Of a stretch of DNA of 64,000 nt, positions 39,839 to 53,870 are shown in pieces; position 1 is the stretch's first letter, and each line of letters starts with the position of its first letter. This stretch comes from Laetmonice hystrix (lineage: Eukaryota). The stretch spans positions 31,126,001 to 31,190,000 of the forward strand of contig OZ249436.1 of the NCBI GenBank assembly GCA_965235115.1, read 5' to 3'. A model generated the notes under the pieces. That model was given only the letters and a program-made list of their open reading frames with translations, was not told where the DNA came from and did not search any database. Both the position numbers and the translations under genes were made by a program.

Positions 39839-41099
39839 TGTATACAAACGCGCTTACCCCGGGGTTTCACTAAGCGAGGACATCCCCAAGTGGAGACATC
39901 CACGATTCAGAGACATCCTACATTTCATTAAAATGTGCTTGAAATTAACATTGCCTGAATTGGGGATGTCGCTGGGAGGGACATTTTAGTGGATGACTTT
40001 GAGTGGGGATGTCCCCAAACCGTCGCATTTAACAATAATTTTGGGGCTAAAGTGAAAACTGACACTAACCCTATGCCTAACCTTTACCCTAACCCAAACA
40101 CACTGTCTCGCATCTCGCATGTCGTCGCCGGTATTCCATAGATGTCCTATTAGTGAAACGGGCCCCAGCGCAAACCATGCCGGCGTATAAAGGCACCAGG
40201 GGGCATTGCGAGCGGTCAGATATGCAAATCTTGTACGACTGTAACGTGGCCATGAGTTTACAGTGCCACCTGGAGTATATTCTGGGGTAATGGTTACGGG
40301 GCAGCAGTGAGAACCTGAGCTTATAGATTTTTTGAAAGGGGGGGGGGGGGGGCTGTCATCTGGTTACAAAATGGAGTCAAACGAAAATCCCTTGACCCAG
40401 ATACACCTAGGCCTACACAGCCCTACGACACGTCCAAGCTGATGCATGCTGTGACGTCACACAGATTAAAGTCTCTGTAATGCAAGGAATCAACAGGGAT
40501 TTTCCCTATAGTAATATATTGTTAAAATCAAAAATTTTGGGCCTTACTGAATCATAGATTATAATACCAATTTTTCCAAGAGCTACACTCCTATAGAGGT
40601 TATGCAGTGACGTCATTTGGAGGGAAACGGCGTGGTTATGTTTATGTGCATGTGCAGCCGATGTGTACGCATGTTCTCCTCTTCTTCAATATGATGCAAC
40701 AACGTTCTACTTGGCTGAACTGTTGAACTTGGCCCAGAATACCACCATAAGGCTACCGAGACAGTTTAAAAAAGTTTTAATATGAAACATTTGTCTGTCA
40801 TAAAAAAGTTATGGAAAAATCAATTTTTTCATTTGTCATTTTCCATTTATTTTTCAATTGTCTTTATTATTTTTTATTAGACATTTTTCTGGGAAGAAAA
40901 ACATGGCTACAGACATTCCAATGTGGCTATATGATGTGGGTGCCTGTTTAGCCACGGTGGTTACAGAAAAGTATTGGCTAGAGAAAGCCCAGCATAATAC
41001 AGGGCGTCTCAGAAAAAGAGAAATCCTAAAATAGCATCATTTTGTGAGAAGACGAACAACCCGAAACCCCTCCCCTCTGGATCCGCGCCTGTTGACAAT

Positions 41100-42085
41100 A
41101 CCATTGATCAAAAGGTATTTTTTAGATTGCTCTTGTATTTGGCGTAACAAAAATTCGAATGGAACTTTATTAACAAGCACATTATGAACACTGACCTTTA
41201 AACCTTCAGGACAGTTCTATATGACAAATTAGTTCGAGCAGTCGGAACAGGCTTCTCGAGAACTATTAAATAAAGAAGGTATTTCTTTTAGTATGAAATT
41301 TAAACATAAATATTTAAATATGATACAATTTGGGAAATGATAAAACTGTTATATTCAAGAAGAATTCAGCAGTATGTGCAGTCCACAAAGAGAATGTTAT
41401 TAATCTTATGGTTCTTTTCTGTAATTTAAAAATGCAATCAATATAATTTTGAGAGGCATTGCCCCAAACTTCAATGCAGTACGTCAAATACGGATAGATG
41501 AAGAAATAATATAATTTTAGTAGCGTATCCTGCCATAAAACCTTTCGTGCTTTGCAGATTAATCCAATGCTCTAGATAATTTACCTCTGATACCAATTCT
41601 TTGATACCTCAAAATTTAGTTTTTTTTCCACTCGGTCTATCTTAAAATTGTTAATGTATAATTCGGTGTCACAGCTTAATTTTTTTCTTTGTGGTTTAAA
41701 TACCATAAAATGTGTCTTTTGAACATTTAAAGAGAGCTTATTTATATGTAACCATTTTACATAATTCCTAATTCATTATGGAAGTTAACTGCTTTAAGTT
41801 GGAACCACTCATAAAAACATTAGTATCGTCATCAAATAATATAGAAAGAAGTTTTTTCTGATACCATTGCCAAATCGTTTATGTAAAGCAAAAACAACAA
41901 AGGCCCAAGAATTGACGGCTGATTTAACATTATCATATAAAACAAACTATTTTGTATTAGCCAAATAACTTTTAAGCCGGTCAAGACATATATCTCGAAT
42001 GCCATATGTTTCTAATTCCATAAGCAATATTTCATGATTAACAGTATCGAATGCTATACTGAAGTCAAGAAATATTCCCAGGACT
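41100..42085 (-). mobile_element. Degenerate LINE (CR1/L2-group) reverse transcriptase fragment
   Basis: Minus-strand translation gives GIFLDFSIAFDTVNHEILL..YGIR, SILGPLLFLLYINDL, a decayed FADD box (LFDDDTN) and IYPYLTYCIEVWG..LQKRTIRLIT, with stops and frameshifts. Confidence 0.85.
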
Positions 42086-42089
42086 ATTA

Positions 42090-42625
42090 ACATGACCTAA
42101 ACCTAATTAACTCTGAAGATATTGCAGATAGCGGAGTCTCTGATATTAGTTTAAGCGATCATAACCTCATGTTTATTACAAAGTAAAAGCAGAAAGATCC
42201 TTACAAAATCATTGATTTGGTGGGGAGATCTATAGAAACTATAACTGCGACTTATAACAACAGAGACTTCAAAACGTGGGCTGGCGTGAATTCTGTGAAT
42301 CCACTTGTCCTAACAACTATTGGAATATGCTCGGTAAACTATAAAAAATAATATTGATAGACTCTGTCCCTAATGGAGTTAAAAGTTAAAGATAAAGGTA
42401 CTCCATGGATGACGAATAAAATAATTGAAAAAATAATCCACGATAAAGATTGAGCTAGAAAACATGCAAAGAGTAATTAACCTATTCAAAGACTGCATGG
42501 ACTACTAAGAAAGCGGGTTAAAACTATTGTTCGGATCATTTGTAAAACGCATTTCAATACAACACACTCGAAATCGAGATTGTAAGAATTTTGGGAAAGA
42601 CTAAATACAATATTTCCAGGACGAC
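42090..42625 (+). mobile_element. Degenerate LINE ORF2 fragment (endonuclease C-terminus/linker)
   Basis: Translation includes SGVSDISLSDHNLMF and KDKGTPWMTNKII, typical of the end of an APE endonuclease and the PW linker motif. Interrupted by stops. Confidence 0.65.
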
Positions 42626-44623
42626 CGAAATTGGCTACACAGGAGGGAAATCTGGCCACGAACGGTCTTAGCAGAGTCATTGAGAAATTTGTATTCAGAA
42701 AAACAACGTTGGTTGGCAACGGGAGGTGGCGGGATTGCATGCAACCTTCCAAACCTGGATCCGCCATTAATAATTTCATCGCACTAATTCAAACCACATC
42801 TCTTAGATATAATAGGATGTCCCCCAAAGTTGTCCACACCTTAGTTCATTAGCCAGATCTCATTATCTGAGAGCTAGAACTGGCCACTGTAGAAAGAAAC
42901 AAATACTTTGCTCCACCAAAAACGGCATAACTTTTGATTTTGATTAAAGACTATTTTTCATGTAAGAAAATTTCCTATCAGGATATAATGGGGGACATAG
43001 GTTCTGAGGTTGCCTATAGTTTGGCCTGGACGGTTTTTTGGGGGACACCCTGTCTTACACTAAATAGCCATTATGCCCGACCTTTGAGTTCTTCTGGCTG
43101 CAAAACTCGGATCGAAACCTTTTCCGCCAAGTGTAATCTGTTGGACCGAGATTCTAAACACTTTAGCCCAAAGCAGGGCTTGGTAAACATTGCTGTGACC
43201 GCCTAATAAGGAGGTTCGTTATGGTATGACGTCAACCGATGGTGTTGACGCACATTCAAACATGGCCGCTCCTCGAGATATCAGATTGGGTGGTTGGAAT
43301 CTAGCGACGTGGCCGGTCGGAACAGCATGTGTATATCCAACACTGATATAATTATAATAGCGGATGATAACAAGAGGACACCAAGAATATTCAGTTTGAA
43401 AGGATACTTCATATCAACTTCTCCCTCAAGCATTGGAATCCTAATGCCACGTGTAACTTAGTTCAAAAATAACATCGGTAAAAAGGACTAAATTTTCAAT
43501 CCGTATTCAGCTGGCGTTTGACTACAGACAAAACGTTTACCACATCCAATCCAAGACTTATTCTTCTTAAATAAAACCTCATACAGAAGCAGGTGAAGAG
43601 TCATCTATAGGCTATGTAGATCTAATGCAATAATCTGCCATCAAAAATAGTTCCTTTCTGCATGCTATAAATCCATGCATGAATTTATGACAGTTATTAT
43701 TGACAGTTATTTAGGCCTATATAACAGTTATTGAAAGTCGTTGTTGTCCACACTTAATATTTGTCATAACCGCCATACATCACGTTATAAGGGCACGTAC
43801 AGAGCCTTGTATTTCAATGGCCAATAGAATTTCAATATGTGTCAACAGTGTCAGCTTGAAGTCGACACTGTTGGCGACGTGGTGACAGGATATTGAGCGT
43901 AGGCCTACATGTATTTGCTTCTACTGATCCGTTCTCTTTACCAGGCAAACACCCTCATTTTCGGGTCGACAGAGCCAACTGCTGTGACCCGTACAGCTCA
44001 TCGACTGCAGAGGTTGTCGAAAGGTCATGCATGCTAGAAGAAAATATGTCTCTTGAAAAATAGAAATCCCCCACACTCAAAGAAAACTGGTAGACCTAAC
44101 GCTGGAACACACCATACAATCTTGTGTGACAAGGGGTTCGACATGTGGGGTAGGAGTGGGGGAGGGGCGTAGGCCTACGTGTAGGCCTATATGCCTATAA
44201 GTAGTTTGCGATATCGTTTTTTTTACAATTATTTTCGTTTAAAGGTGGCTCCAGTCACTGTTCCAACCCTCGTTTCGACTAGTAGGCCCTATCTAGTCTG
44301 TCGGGTCTGTCGCCACAGCTTGTCGGGACCTGGAGGCCTCTAGCTGCACAGGTGTACTCTAGCGGCATTCTGGCGCTATTGCCACAGGTTACTCCCGCGC
44401 CATCTGGTGTTAGTATGCGTACCTAATAGACCCACTTTGCTATAGCTGAACGGTGCAGGATATTAGGCCTACCGCTCAAGTGAGCAACTACCGTCAGAGA
44501 ATTGCTTTGTGCCATGCCTTTTTAAAAATGTTATGTTGAAATTGTGCACATAGGAACAAAGATAAAAATATTTCACCTTATAGAATTACTATCTGAGAAC
44601 AAGTCTCCGAGTCAGGATGTTAA

Positions 44624-45064
44624 AGGCAGGGTAAACGCCCACGGAAAGTAAGGTTTCGTAGGCAAAATGAAACACCAGCATTTACCTCAGGGCAATACAT
44701 GCCACAATTACGCTGTCTGAATGAAGTAATTAACGTGTAACCGCCCGATGTATGACGCCGCTGGTTCTGACCTTGACCTTCTTGTGTGTTCATCAGAGCC
44801 GAATGCTGCACACCGCAGCGTATTGCGTAACATTACGTGTTACTCTGCTCACAGACCTTGTCTACACGATGTTTGGAGTCCCAACGTTTGTAAACGTCCA
44901 AAGTGTTGAACACACAAGCAGAACCAGTTGCGTCACACATCGGCCAGTTACACGTTAATTACTTCATTCAGACAACGTAATTGTGTCATTTATTGCCCTG
45001 AGGTAAATGCTGGTGTTTCATTTGGTTTATGAAACCTTATTTGCCGTGGGTGTTTACCCTGCCT
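44624..45064. mobile_element. Kolobok-like MITE, ~120-bp TIRs, TTAA TSD
   Basis: TTAA|AGGCAGGGTAAACGCCCACGG ... CCGTGGGTGTTTACCCTGCCT|TTAA. The arms match through ..GAATGAAGTAATTAACGTGTAAC. Confidence 0.85.
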
Positions 45065-46683
45065 TTAAGGTTATAATGGCGCCACATTCATCACTTCAGG
45101 CATTGCGTTACCATTTTAGGCACTCTTTGACACACGTGTGTTTACCCATAACATAATATTCTTCTTTTTGCGATACATTTTGTGTTTGTCGATTGATGTT
45201 TGGTTTGGCCATTGAATACCACACATCGATTCCATTTATTGTGTTACACGCACTGAAGGGCAATGAATGTCAAAAGAAATCTGGGAACATCCTTCTGCCT
45301 GCTTCTTCAGGTGAAAGTTAAATGAGAAAATGTGATGGCGCAATGGCCTGAGTCCATGCGATATTCTCAGTTGATACCTTCCACGGACGTGTCCCGGCAT
45401 ACCAGAACGCTGCAAAATGAATTCACTCTGAGGGGAGGGGACAGGTCAATGTTGATTAGCAAAATGTAGCATCTGACTGGTGTTCGGTAAACCTACATTG
45501 TACTTTATTATGACCTGGCCATGCATGGGCGTCAGCAACCGTATATTTAAACGTTAAAAAATACGTGTCTTTTTACGTGTCGTTTCTTTAAAATAAATCA
45601 CTACGCTGTACTCACAGAACAGAACTCACAGAACAGAACGCAGGGAAAGTTCTGCAGTATACACGGCGGATATGAAATGTGTGGCATCGACTCTAGAAAC
45701 GAATGACACGCACACTTTCCCCTAGTGAGTACCCCACCTAACTAATGGCAGAATCCATTCACAGATGGGCCCACTGTGTGATCTTTATCATACGTTAAAA
45801 GCTCGCCAGTTCGTGCGGACGAATGAGGAAAATGCATGACAGAAGTCCCCCCCCCCCGCAAACTGTTTGCGATTTCATTTCTTAATGGAGATTTTGACAG
45901 ATTGCATAGAAGCATGTTTTGGATTCCACAGACCGTCCTGTGGGAGACACATGCACGAGTAATTAAACCAAAAACCAGAATCGTGTGTGAAGATTTTGAA
46001 TGGGCGTGAGCTGACCTAAAAATTACTACGTCTAGAATTTCCTAATTAGACCGATATTTCGCAAGAGTTTGTTTATAGAGGAGTTTTGTTTCAAACAATT
46101 CAACTGTTGCCGCCATTAAAGGGTGGCTAAATACTTTAATTGCTTTGAGGAAAAATAGTAGTTTTGGGGACGTTAGAGCAGGCATGGGACGAGGATGCTC
46201 GGTTGTTATCTTTCTTTCCTTTAAAATGCTTGCAGCAGAAGTAATTGTCTCCAGGAAGTGACTCATGGCGAAACCAAGATGGCGGAGTGGTAAGGCTATG
46301 GACCATTTTAAGGCTCTTTTTGAATGACGCTTCAATGAGGAGAATTACTAAAGGGCAACATAAAGGGGACATGTTGTTTCACTTCTCTTACATCAAGTCT
46401 GCATGCTTGGCACCCGTACTTTGTCCCGATTTCAAACAAGTTTGGGCTGTCACTCAGTCAGCATGGTCCGATGGTTGGTTGCCATTATGGAAACGCATCT
46501 TGAGTTGTCAAGGGGCATCGCGCATCCCGCATTCTACCCCTTGAGCTCAGCCCAGGCTAAACGGCCAGAAGTTGACCTTGAGGTCAACCTTATGAATATT
46601 AATAGGACCTGGTATAGTCGTCATAGACTCACCGCCCACAGTACACTAAACGGGGTATCCTAAACGGTCCTCACCGAAGCAAA

Positions 46684-46830
46684 TTACTTCTCGCAAAAAT
46701 GCCTGATATAGCCTTGCCCAGTTCGCTGATAAACAAATGTGCTCCTCCCTAACAGTACAGTTTGTAGCACTCTGACTTGATACGGTTTAAAACGCGATAC
46801 TCCAAAGTTCAGCTCCCCTGATTTCAGCAT
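46684..46830 (-). pseudogene. RecQ-like helicase N-terminal remnant (Q motif to start of motif I)
   Basis: Translates to MLKSGELNFGVSRFKPYQVRVLQTVLLGRSTFVYQRTGQG, then loses similarity and stops. Short match judged by eye. Confidence 0.5.
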
Positions 46831-47365
46831 CGTCGCTTCGCATCCAAATGCAACACCGGCCAGCTCAGCGCTGGCTGTCGGTCTCGGCTTCTGTCGTACC
46901 CGTGGGTTGACAGGTTATAGGTCGGGATAGGGTTATAGTTATGGTGTGTGTTCTTGCAGCCCCGTCAACTCAAAGTTGCATGTTCCTCCCACTGTCACTA
47001 TAGATCAGGATTAAATACCTACCCGTTGCTGCTATCGTTGGCTTCGCCATATTGCTTCGACAACATTACACCCGAAGCATTTTGAATCATTCCGAAATTG
47101 GCCAACCGACTTGCGACTATAACTGATTTCCCTCCCCAAAAGTAGTTCCTAATATTTCATCAGGTGTTTCTCTTGTACGGTGAATGTCACTTGTTATAAT
47201 CTCGGTTTGTGGATTTAGAGGTACGTTTACAGATACCATACAGGACGGCCGACTTTGCAAAAACGGGGTTAAACGCGTAGGGGCCCGATTTTACCCGTAA
47301 AAGGTCATGCCTGGCAGAGGGGTAATTGGAGCGAGCCCCTCTGCATTATGGGAGATTGCATTTTG

Positions 47366-47703
47366 TCGGAACGACTGAGCCATTTCCGGTTTACTTTGCT
47401 ATTCGGGAAATAGACTCGGATGTTGTCATCGTGTGGGTGCCGCCATTATGGTAAAAATCGGACTGCCGAAGTCGTATTGTTACATCAAATTATGTGAACC
47501 TGTTACTTGCTTGTAGTGAAAGGTTGTTTATATATGCACACAACACCTAAAACGGTTGCACTAAATTTTCCATTGGCCGGATCAGAGACCACACCACACG
47601 TCCGGCGGATTGCCGTTAAATGCCCGTAGAATCTCTACACCTTTACTATCCGAGTCTATTTCCCGAATAGCAAAGTAAACCGGAAATGGCTCGGTCGTTC
47701 CGA
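47366..47703. repeat. 56-bp inverted repeat pair around a ~226-bp spacer (MITE-like)
   Basis: TCGGAACGACTGAGCCATTTCCGGTTTACTTTGCTATTCGGGAAATAGACTCGGAT, with its reverse complement at 47648-47703 (1 mismatch). Confidence 0.85.
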
Positions 47704-49372
47704 TTGGTATCCATCCTACTCAGACCGCGAAATGGCATCGAGACCCCATGTATATCAGGCTGTAAAATTTGTAAAGAGGTCATAAATTAATTTCTTTTTG
47801 CCCAGTAGGCCTATAATACCGAATTAAATCTGCCTAAATGTGTTCTCATGTTGTCAGTAATCTAATCGAAAACAATATGTAAGATTTCAATTTATTTGTC
47901 GTTGCTGAAAAAGCACGAGCCTGCTGTCTATTGCTGGATGGTGGCACTTCTGTTTTAGTGAAGCTGACGCCAGAGGCATGAACCTGTGGAGAATATTGCA
48001 CAAAGCTCATAATTTCAAAAGGCATCGGTCGCCTTAATTATAACAATCACTATTTCTCTATAAAGGATTTTTCACCCCATCGAGTGTCCTGTCCATACAT
48101 GGAGCTATATCTTTCCGTGGGCATGAGTGTCCGAGGAATTTAATTGTGTACGTCTATACATGTGACCTCATGGCATGGGCCATTTCTATCTTCAGTAATT
48201 TTGCGGAGCGCTAATATTGTAGCTGAAGTGGTCATGTCTCCTGGAGGTGATTCGATCTGGGAATCAATTTTTGTCGCCGGGAGTAAGGTGTCGCCTGGAG
48301 TACAATGTAAAAAGAAATCCTATCATGTATGATGTAGGCGTGGGGCGAAAAAGCGATGAGTCAATTCAAAACGTTGCCTGCATGGACAGAAATGCGGAGG
48401 ACGGCATCAGCAGATTTTCGAGTCGCCCCAGAGACGTCTGAGCATTGATATCGTCAATCGGGGGGAAGGGCTGAGAGAAGTAGGCTTAGCATCTGTCACA
48501 TAGATAGCCAAAATATGGACGAGAGAGGGACTAGAGCCCCCGCAGCCCAGCCCCGGTTCCAATGGCCTTGTTTTCAAAAGTGACCATATCAACTCCCGTT
48601 CCTGTCGAGAGTATGGATGGACTGATTCACCATGATTCTATTAACTGCAAATACAGAGGAAGTCTTGAATTGAAATACTAGTAATTTGTTATCATTGTCA
48701 TTTTGTCAGGTTCATTAAACAATCACCTGCATATTACATGATCGCGTAAGATAAGAGCTGAAAATAGATGGAAGTATGTATCTGGACGGAAGAAATATAA
48801 AAAGGAGCCATAGAAAAATATGAATAGAAAAAAACTTTGACATGAATGCTGGAGAACTCTCCATCTTACCTCGTCCACGTCATCACTGTCGAGGGATTAA
48901 AACCATGCAAGTCATGTTCGGTCAAATAATATAGTAGCGGAAAGCGGTGGCCTCTTTAATTGACAGTCGAGGTAATTTAAGCCTAACTTAATTGTCGCAA
49001 CTACACATGCAATTCTTGGCTTGCCAGCAAAATTAGTTTAAATAGGAAAAAAACGTCCTTTAATCAATTGACTATAACTTTGGGGGGCTATTTGCCCTTA
49101 CGCCGCATGCCGTAAAATTATAGAAGTCGGCCTCAAACTCCCATAAAATTAGAAAGCTACTTATATAAGAGGTCTAAGATGTGCCATCGGGATATATATC
49201 AAAGAGGACATATATAAATGTTTATGAAATTGTATCAGTATTGCATCAATATTGTAGATAATAAGAAATAACTAAATATTAACGTTTAATTCTGGTAGCG
49301 AACTTTGTTGAAACTCCACCCCCCACCCCCACAGACACAGACCCTCACCCCCCCCCCACACACACACACCCC

Positions 49373-49419
<47 letters not shown>

Positions 49420-49556
49420 GCACTCACCCGACAAAGGTATTGCAACAAGCACTCTTTAGAAGTACTCGGTAAAACCATATAGAGATGCACATTAAACCGG
49501 GCCCTGCCACATTCACATTACATATTAAATGTCGAGGTTTGTTGTATAAAAGCTTA

Positions 49557-49712
49557 GGCCCGATTTCCACCGGACGTAATTTCCACCAGACGCGAGCGAG
49601 TACGTGCGGGCGCGTCTGGTCGAAATTGCTGCAATCTCTTGAACTATTTCTACTTTTGCCGCGCGCGCACCAAACCAACGCGCGCTCGCTCGCGTTCAGT
49701 GGAAATCGGGTA
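49557..49712. mobile_element. Small Harbinger-like MITE
   Basis: TTA|GGCCCGATTTCCAC ... GTGGAAATCGGGTAC|TAA, with internal CGCGAGCGAG repeats. Confidence 0.6.
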
Positions 49713-49833
49713 CTAAGGCCCAGATGCACAGACCGATTTACGGTAGATTTTGAGATACGGCCGACTTTTCTCCATAATTTTCCTATGGAGAAAAAAGTAC
49801 AGAGTACAGAAGGACGTTCGCTTTGGTGTCACC

Positions 49834-49970
49834 ATGCCAACAGGTACTAGATCTGACAAATGCTGAACGCGGAAAAATGGAGTGCCTCCGAGAGGAAGGT
49901 GTTTCGGTCCAAAATATTGCTAGACGGTTTTACTGCTGTCGCCAAACAGTTTAGCGGGTATGGGCGAGGA
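49834..49970 (+). pseudogene. Tc1/Tc3-like transposase N-terminal HTH remnant
   Basis: MPTGT(fs)LTNAERGKMECLREEGVSVQNIARRFYCCRQTV*RVW resembles the paired-like first HTH of Tc1/Tc3 transposases. Contains a frameshift and a stop. Confidence 0.55.
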
Positions 49971-50758
49971 AAATATTGTCAATCACACTCCTGTGATATT
50001 AAGTTTGGTCATGACTGAATATGAAGCGATAATTGTCCATCGAAATAATATACCACCCACCTATACAAATGGCTGTCATTGAAAACGACTTATTATCGCT
50101 CTTCTCATGCTATCATATGATTCAGGCAGTCGACAATCGAATGAAAACTGAGATCGTCACTTCAATTAATTTGATATCATTGATGACAGTGCTTGTCGTA
50201 TCTATCCCCCCCCCCCAAACTCTGTGCCTTTTGTGGGCCGCGTGACATCTCTGAACAATATCGCCTATGGGCCCAAACTTTGTTACATACATCTAGTGTA
50301 TATTTTGGGAAAACGAAATAATGCTGGTATACAAAGGTGTATAGTTTCGCATCAGCGGTCTGTTATATTTGTGAGTCACTCTGTGGATAAATAATTAAAC
50401 ATTGCCACAAAATCTCCATGGACATAATTTCGTGAGTGAATCGTTGGCAAGCAGAATAGTGTACACTGGTCAATGAACCTTTCAGGCTGCCAGTTGTTTT
50501 CATTCTATAATGTATGATATATTCGGATCAGGGGAAAACCCAGGATTTAGAAGAATTTGCTAAGGGAGTCAGCATGGTCAATTCAGAAAGTTCTATGGGG
50601 GAAAAAGAAAGATTGGTTGCCAAGAGGGTCGAACCCCCCCCCCCCCGATCCGCTAGTGCGGATTTAAAAGAAATATCTGGACTGCTTTCTAAGCAGGGCT
50701 AGCTATTGTGGTTAATTTGAAAGGAAATGTTCATAGTTTGTACCTTTTTGGACGCTAT

Positions 50759-51282
50759 GCCCTTGTCACATCTTTGCGACATGAATATCTTGGGCAATCT
50801 TGGATATTCGTACTGAGATCAGTAATGCTTCGGAATTATTCCTGAGTATTCTTGGTTGATCGGCATACGCGTATACGAAAGTTTCAAACTGTTTAAAACT
50901 TTCGTACTTCATCGTGCGATCTCTCAATTCCGTACTGCGTCGTGTTACTGTCGTACTAGACCGTATACTAGACCGTACTAAACCGTACGGGGTATTCTTG
51001 ATTTTCCAAGGAGATTCAGTACGAATCGATACGACCTTGTACGGTGCTCACACGACAGCGGTACGATCTAGTGCTAAATCGTACTAGTTCTTAGTGAATC
51101 TTAACTCAACCGTAGTTGCCAAGTGCCCACGAACACTCAAGAACTACAGTCGTGATGAACCGTACAAGGTCGTGACAGTAGCCGATTCAGGGCGGTTAAA
51201 AAAACTTGGTCAATCGTTGAAATTTGAATTCGTGGACATTCTTGGAGATTCGTACAAAGAATCGCAAAGATGTGACAGAGGT
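50759..51282. mobile_element. Harbinger-like MITE rich in CGTAC/GTACG repeats
   Basis: TIR GCCCTTGTCACATCTTTGCGA / TCGCAAAGATGTGACAGAGGT. Confidence 0.65.
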
Positions 51283-53196
51283 AGTACGGTTTGCACGAAG
51301 GCAGACGGAGTTTCAAAGGTATCGTCATGTGCTTTCAAAAATCAGTAGATGTGCGAAGTGCTGATTTAAGATTGTGTGAATGCGTCGGCAGAACGCTTTT
51401 TCTAACCATCATTGAAGCAGATGGAAAGGAACAAGAAATCCAAGCAGCAATTGTGACAGGGGGAATGTATTCTATTCCAGTAAAATGTGCAATCCAGAGC
51501 CAGAAAGTTTGCTCTTAAGTAGTTTAATGTCGACTGCATGCCCAGGGCCAATCCTTTTTCCCTCTCTCGTGCGTCATATCGTCATGTAATAATTTTCATA
51601 AAGCCATACCGATGTGCCATTGTAAAGTAAAAAGTCCTGAGTCAGGGATTTTCGCCTCTCATTATATGCCAACATAGGTGACTCGAGGCATGTATATTCA
51701 TGAAGTGTTTCTCATTGTGTCCGTCCCAGGCTTGGGTCGGTAGGCAATCTTGGCACTCGTTATTGTGGGATCAAGTTGGAACAGTCCGCACTATAATGTA
51801 TCCCTTCTCCCAGAGAGCGGATTATATTTGGATTGTCACTGATTACCAAGGTAATCGCCAACACCCCTCCAATGGAAAGGTACCACAATATTTATCTGTC
51901 AGGCCGGACGCCTTGCTCATTGCAGATGGAATACTTTTATAAAGGGGCGTTTCAGAAATAACTGAATCTAGACAGACTCGACTCTTTTACTGTACATCGT
52001 CCCGCCCCGGACAATTGGCGGTGTCGAGTGAATGTCAAATTGTAATTAAGATGAAAGAGAACTGTATCCGATTCATCAACACGTCATTAATGTTCAATTG
52101 ATGGCAACCTGATAACATTAGATGAAATTGTTGGCCTACGCCCACGCACTTGGTAGAGTCAATGTTGGGGCGGGCCCTCGCGGTTCGAACCGGTCGTCGG
52201 CCTCTCTGGTGGATCGGCGTGTGCCGTGAGCCTGCAGGCTGATGTACACTCCGGGGAAATCCTATCAATAACATACACCCCGGCCGGCCGATCCCAATTC
52301 CTGGAACATACACATTATAAATAAACCCCACAACACCTGTTTGTATTGATATAAAACTTTAATAAGACTTTTCGCCTTCCAGGAAATCAGCCTTTCATCT
52401 TCCGATGGAAGCCTGGCTGAAGGCGGCGGTTAGAACATTTCATTAAGTTTTTGCTCCAGCGTAAAAACGTTTCCATTGACAGTCGTCAAACACTTAGGAG
52501 AAGGACAGGAAGGACATCAATTATTAGTACAGCTCTTCAACCAGTTTACAGTCTGGCTATTGACTGGCTTTTCTCGATTGAACAGCAATATTAACCTGTG
52601 TGACCACTTTGGTTCAGAGACAACTTGGGCATGGTATATTTATGGGGTGAACTGCAAAACTAACAAGGACTGAAACGTTTTAAACTGGAGAGAAAGCCCG
52701 CCGTATACAAATAGGTTTAGGTCGATAGACTGGGATGTTGAGAGATTCTATTGTCAATAAAGTTCACGTCACTGTCCATTGCAATCAGTGACTGCCGTCA
52801 CACGGGCTGGACATAATGGAGACAGCTATGTATACGGCGTATATATAGTCCGGACTCCGAGTGGCCTTCGCGTCGGCTAACAAAGTATAACTTTCGGCCC
52901 AATACCGTATAGAACAGTATTATACCGAAAAAAATATGAACATTGAATTTGCGCCACCAGGCGTGCTCTTCAGCCACCCTTTAAGAGGCCTATTGTAGGC
53001 TACCACTATAGGCCCCCTATAGGCCCGAGCCGAAGTGGAGACTGCCCCGTTTGCGGGTCAATGATGAGGGCCCTTGCCCCATTTGTCGCCTCTCCAAACA
53101 ACCAGAGATGGGGAGTGAGATTCATTCTTGCTCAAAGGGCACTAAATCTAAAATTTTGATTTTTGTTTAACGACTGGTATAGGCTATAACGTGGGA

Positions 53197-53535
53197 ACCG
53201 CAATGGTTGTCGCCGACCGCCGAGTGTGCGGAGTCGGCGACATCGCACACCGAAGTCGATGAGATCGTACGGCGACGTTGCCGCAATGGTTGTCGCCGAC
53301 CGCCTAGTGCGCGGAATTGGCGACATCGCACACCGAAGTCGTTGAGATCGTACGGCGACGTTGCCGCAATGGTTGTCGCCGACCGCCTAGTGCGCGGAAT
53401 TGGCGACATCGCACACCGAAGTCGTTGAGATCGTACGGCGACGTTGCCGCAATGGTTGTCGCCGACCGCCTAGTGCACGGATTTGGCGACATCGCCCGAA
53501 GTCGCTGAGATCGTACGGCGACGTTGCCGCAATGG
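53197..53535. repeat. 83-bp tandem repeat, ~4 copies, GC-rich with internal hairpins
   Basis: CCGCAATGGTTGTCGCCGACCGCC recurs at 53198, 53281, 53364 and 53447. Confidence 0.95.
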
Positions 53536-53612
53536 TTTTAACAGTCAGCTGTTATCTCCGGGTCATCCTTAAAACGAGGCTCTCCAGTTTCCTACCAAAA
53601 ATTACGTCCCGG

Positions 53613-53870
53613 TGTATTTACCATTGCTGACGCCGCATACGTCCTGGTGCATGTATTTACCATTGCTGACGCCGCATACGTCCTGGTGCATGTATTTACC
53701 ATTGCTGACGCCGCATACGTCCTGGTGCATGTATTTACCATTGCTGACGCCGCATACGTCCTGGTGCATGTATTTACCATTGCTGACGCCGCATACGTCC
53801 TGGTGCATGTATTTACCATTGCTGACGCCGCATACGTCCTGGTGCATGTATTTACCATTGCTGACGCCGC
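53613..53870. repeat. 39-bp minisatellite (TGTATTTACCATTGCTGACGCCGCATACGTCCTGGTGCA), ~6.5 identical copies
   Basis: Perfect tandem units. Confidence 0.97.

Noticed and set aside
52350..52452. Degenerate palindrome resembling Penelope-type ends with a hammerhead ribozyme
   Set aside because: The CTGANGA/GAAA catalytic core is not intact on either strand. At most a decayed remnant.
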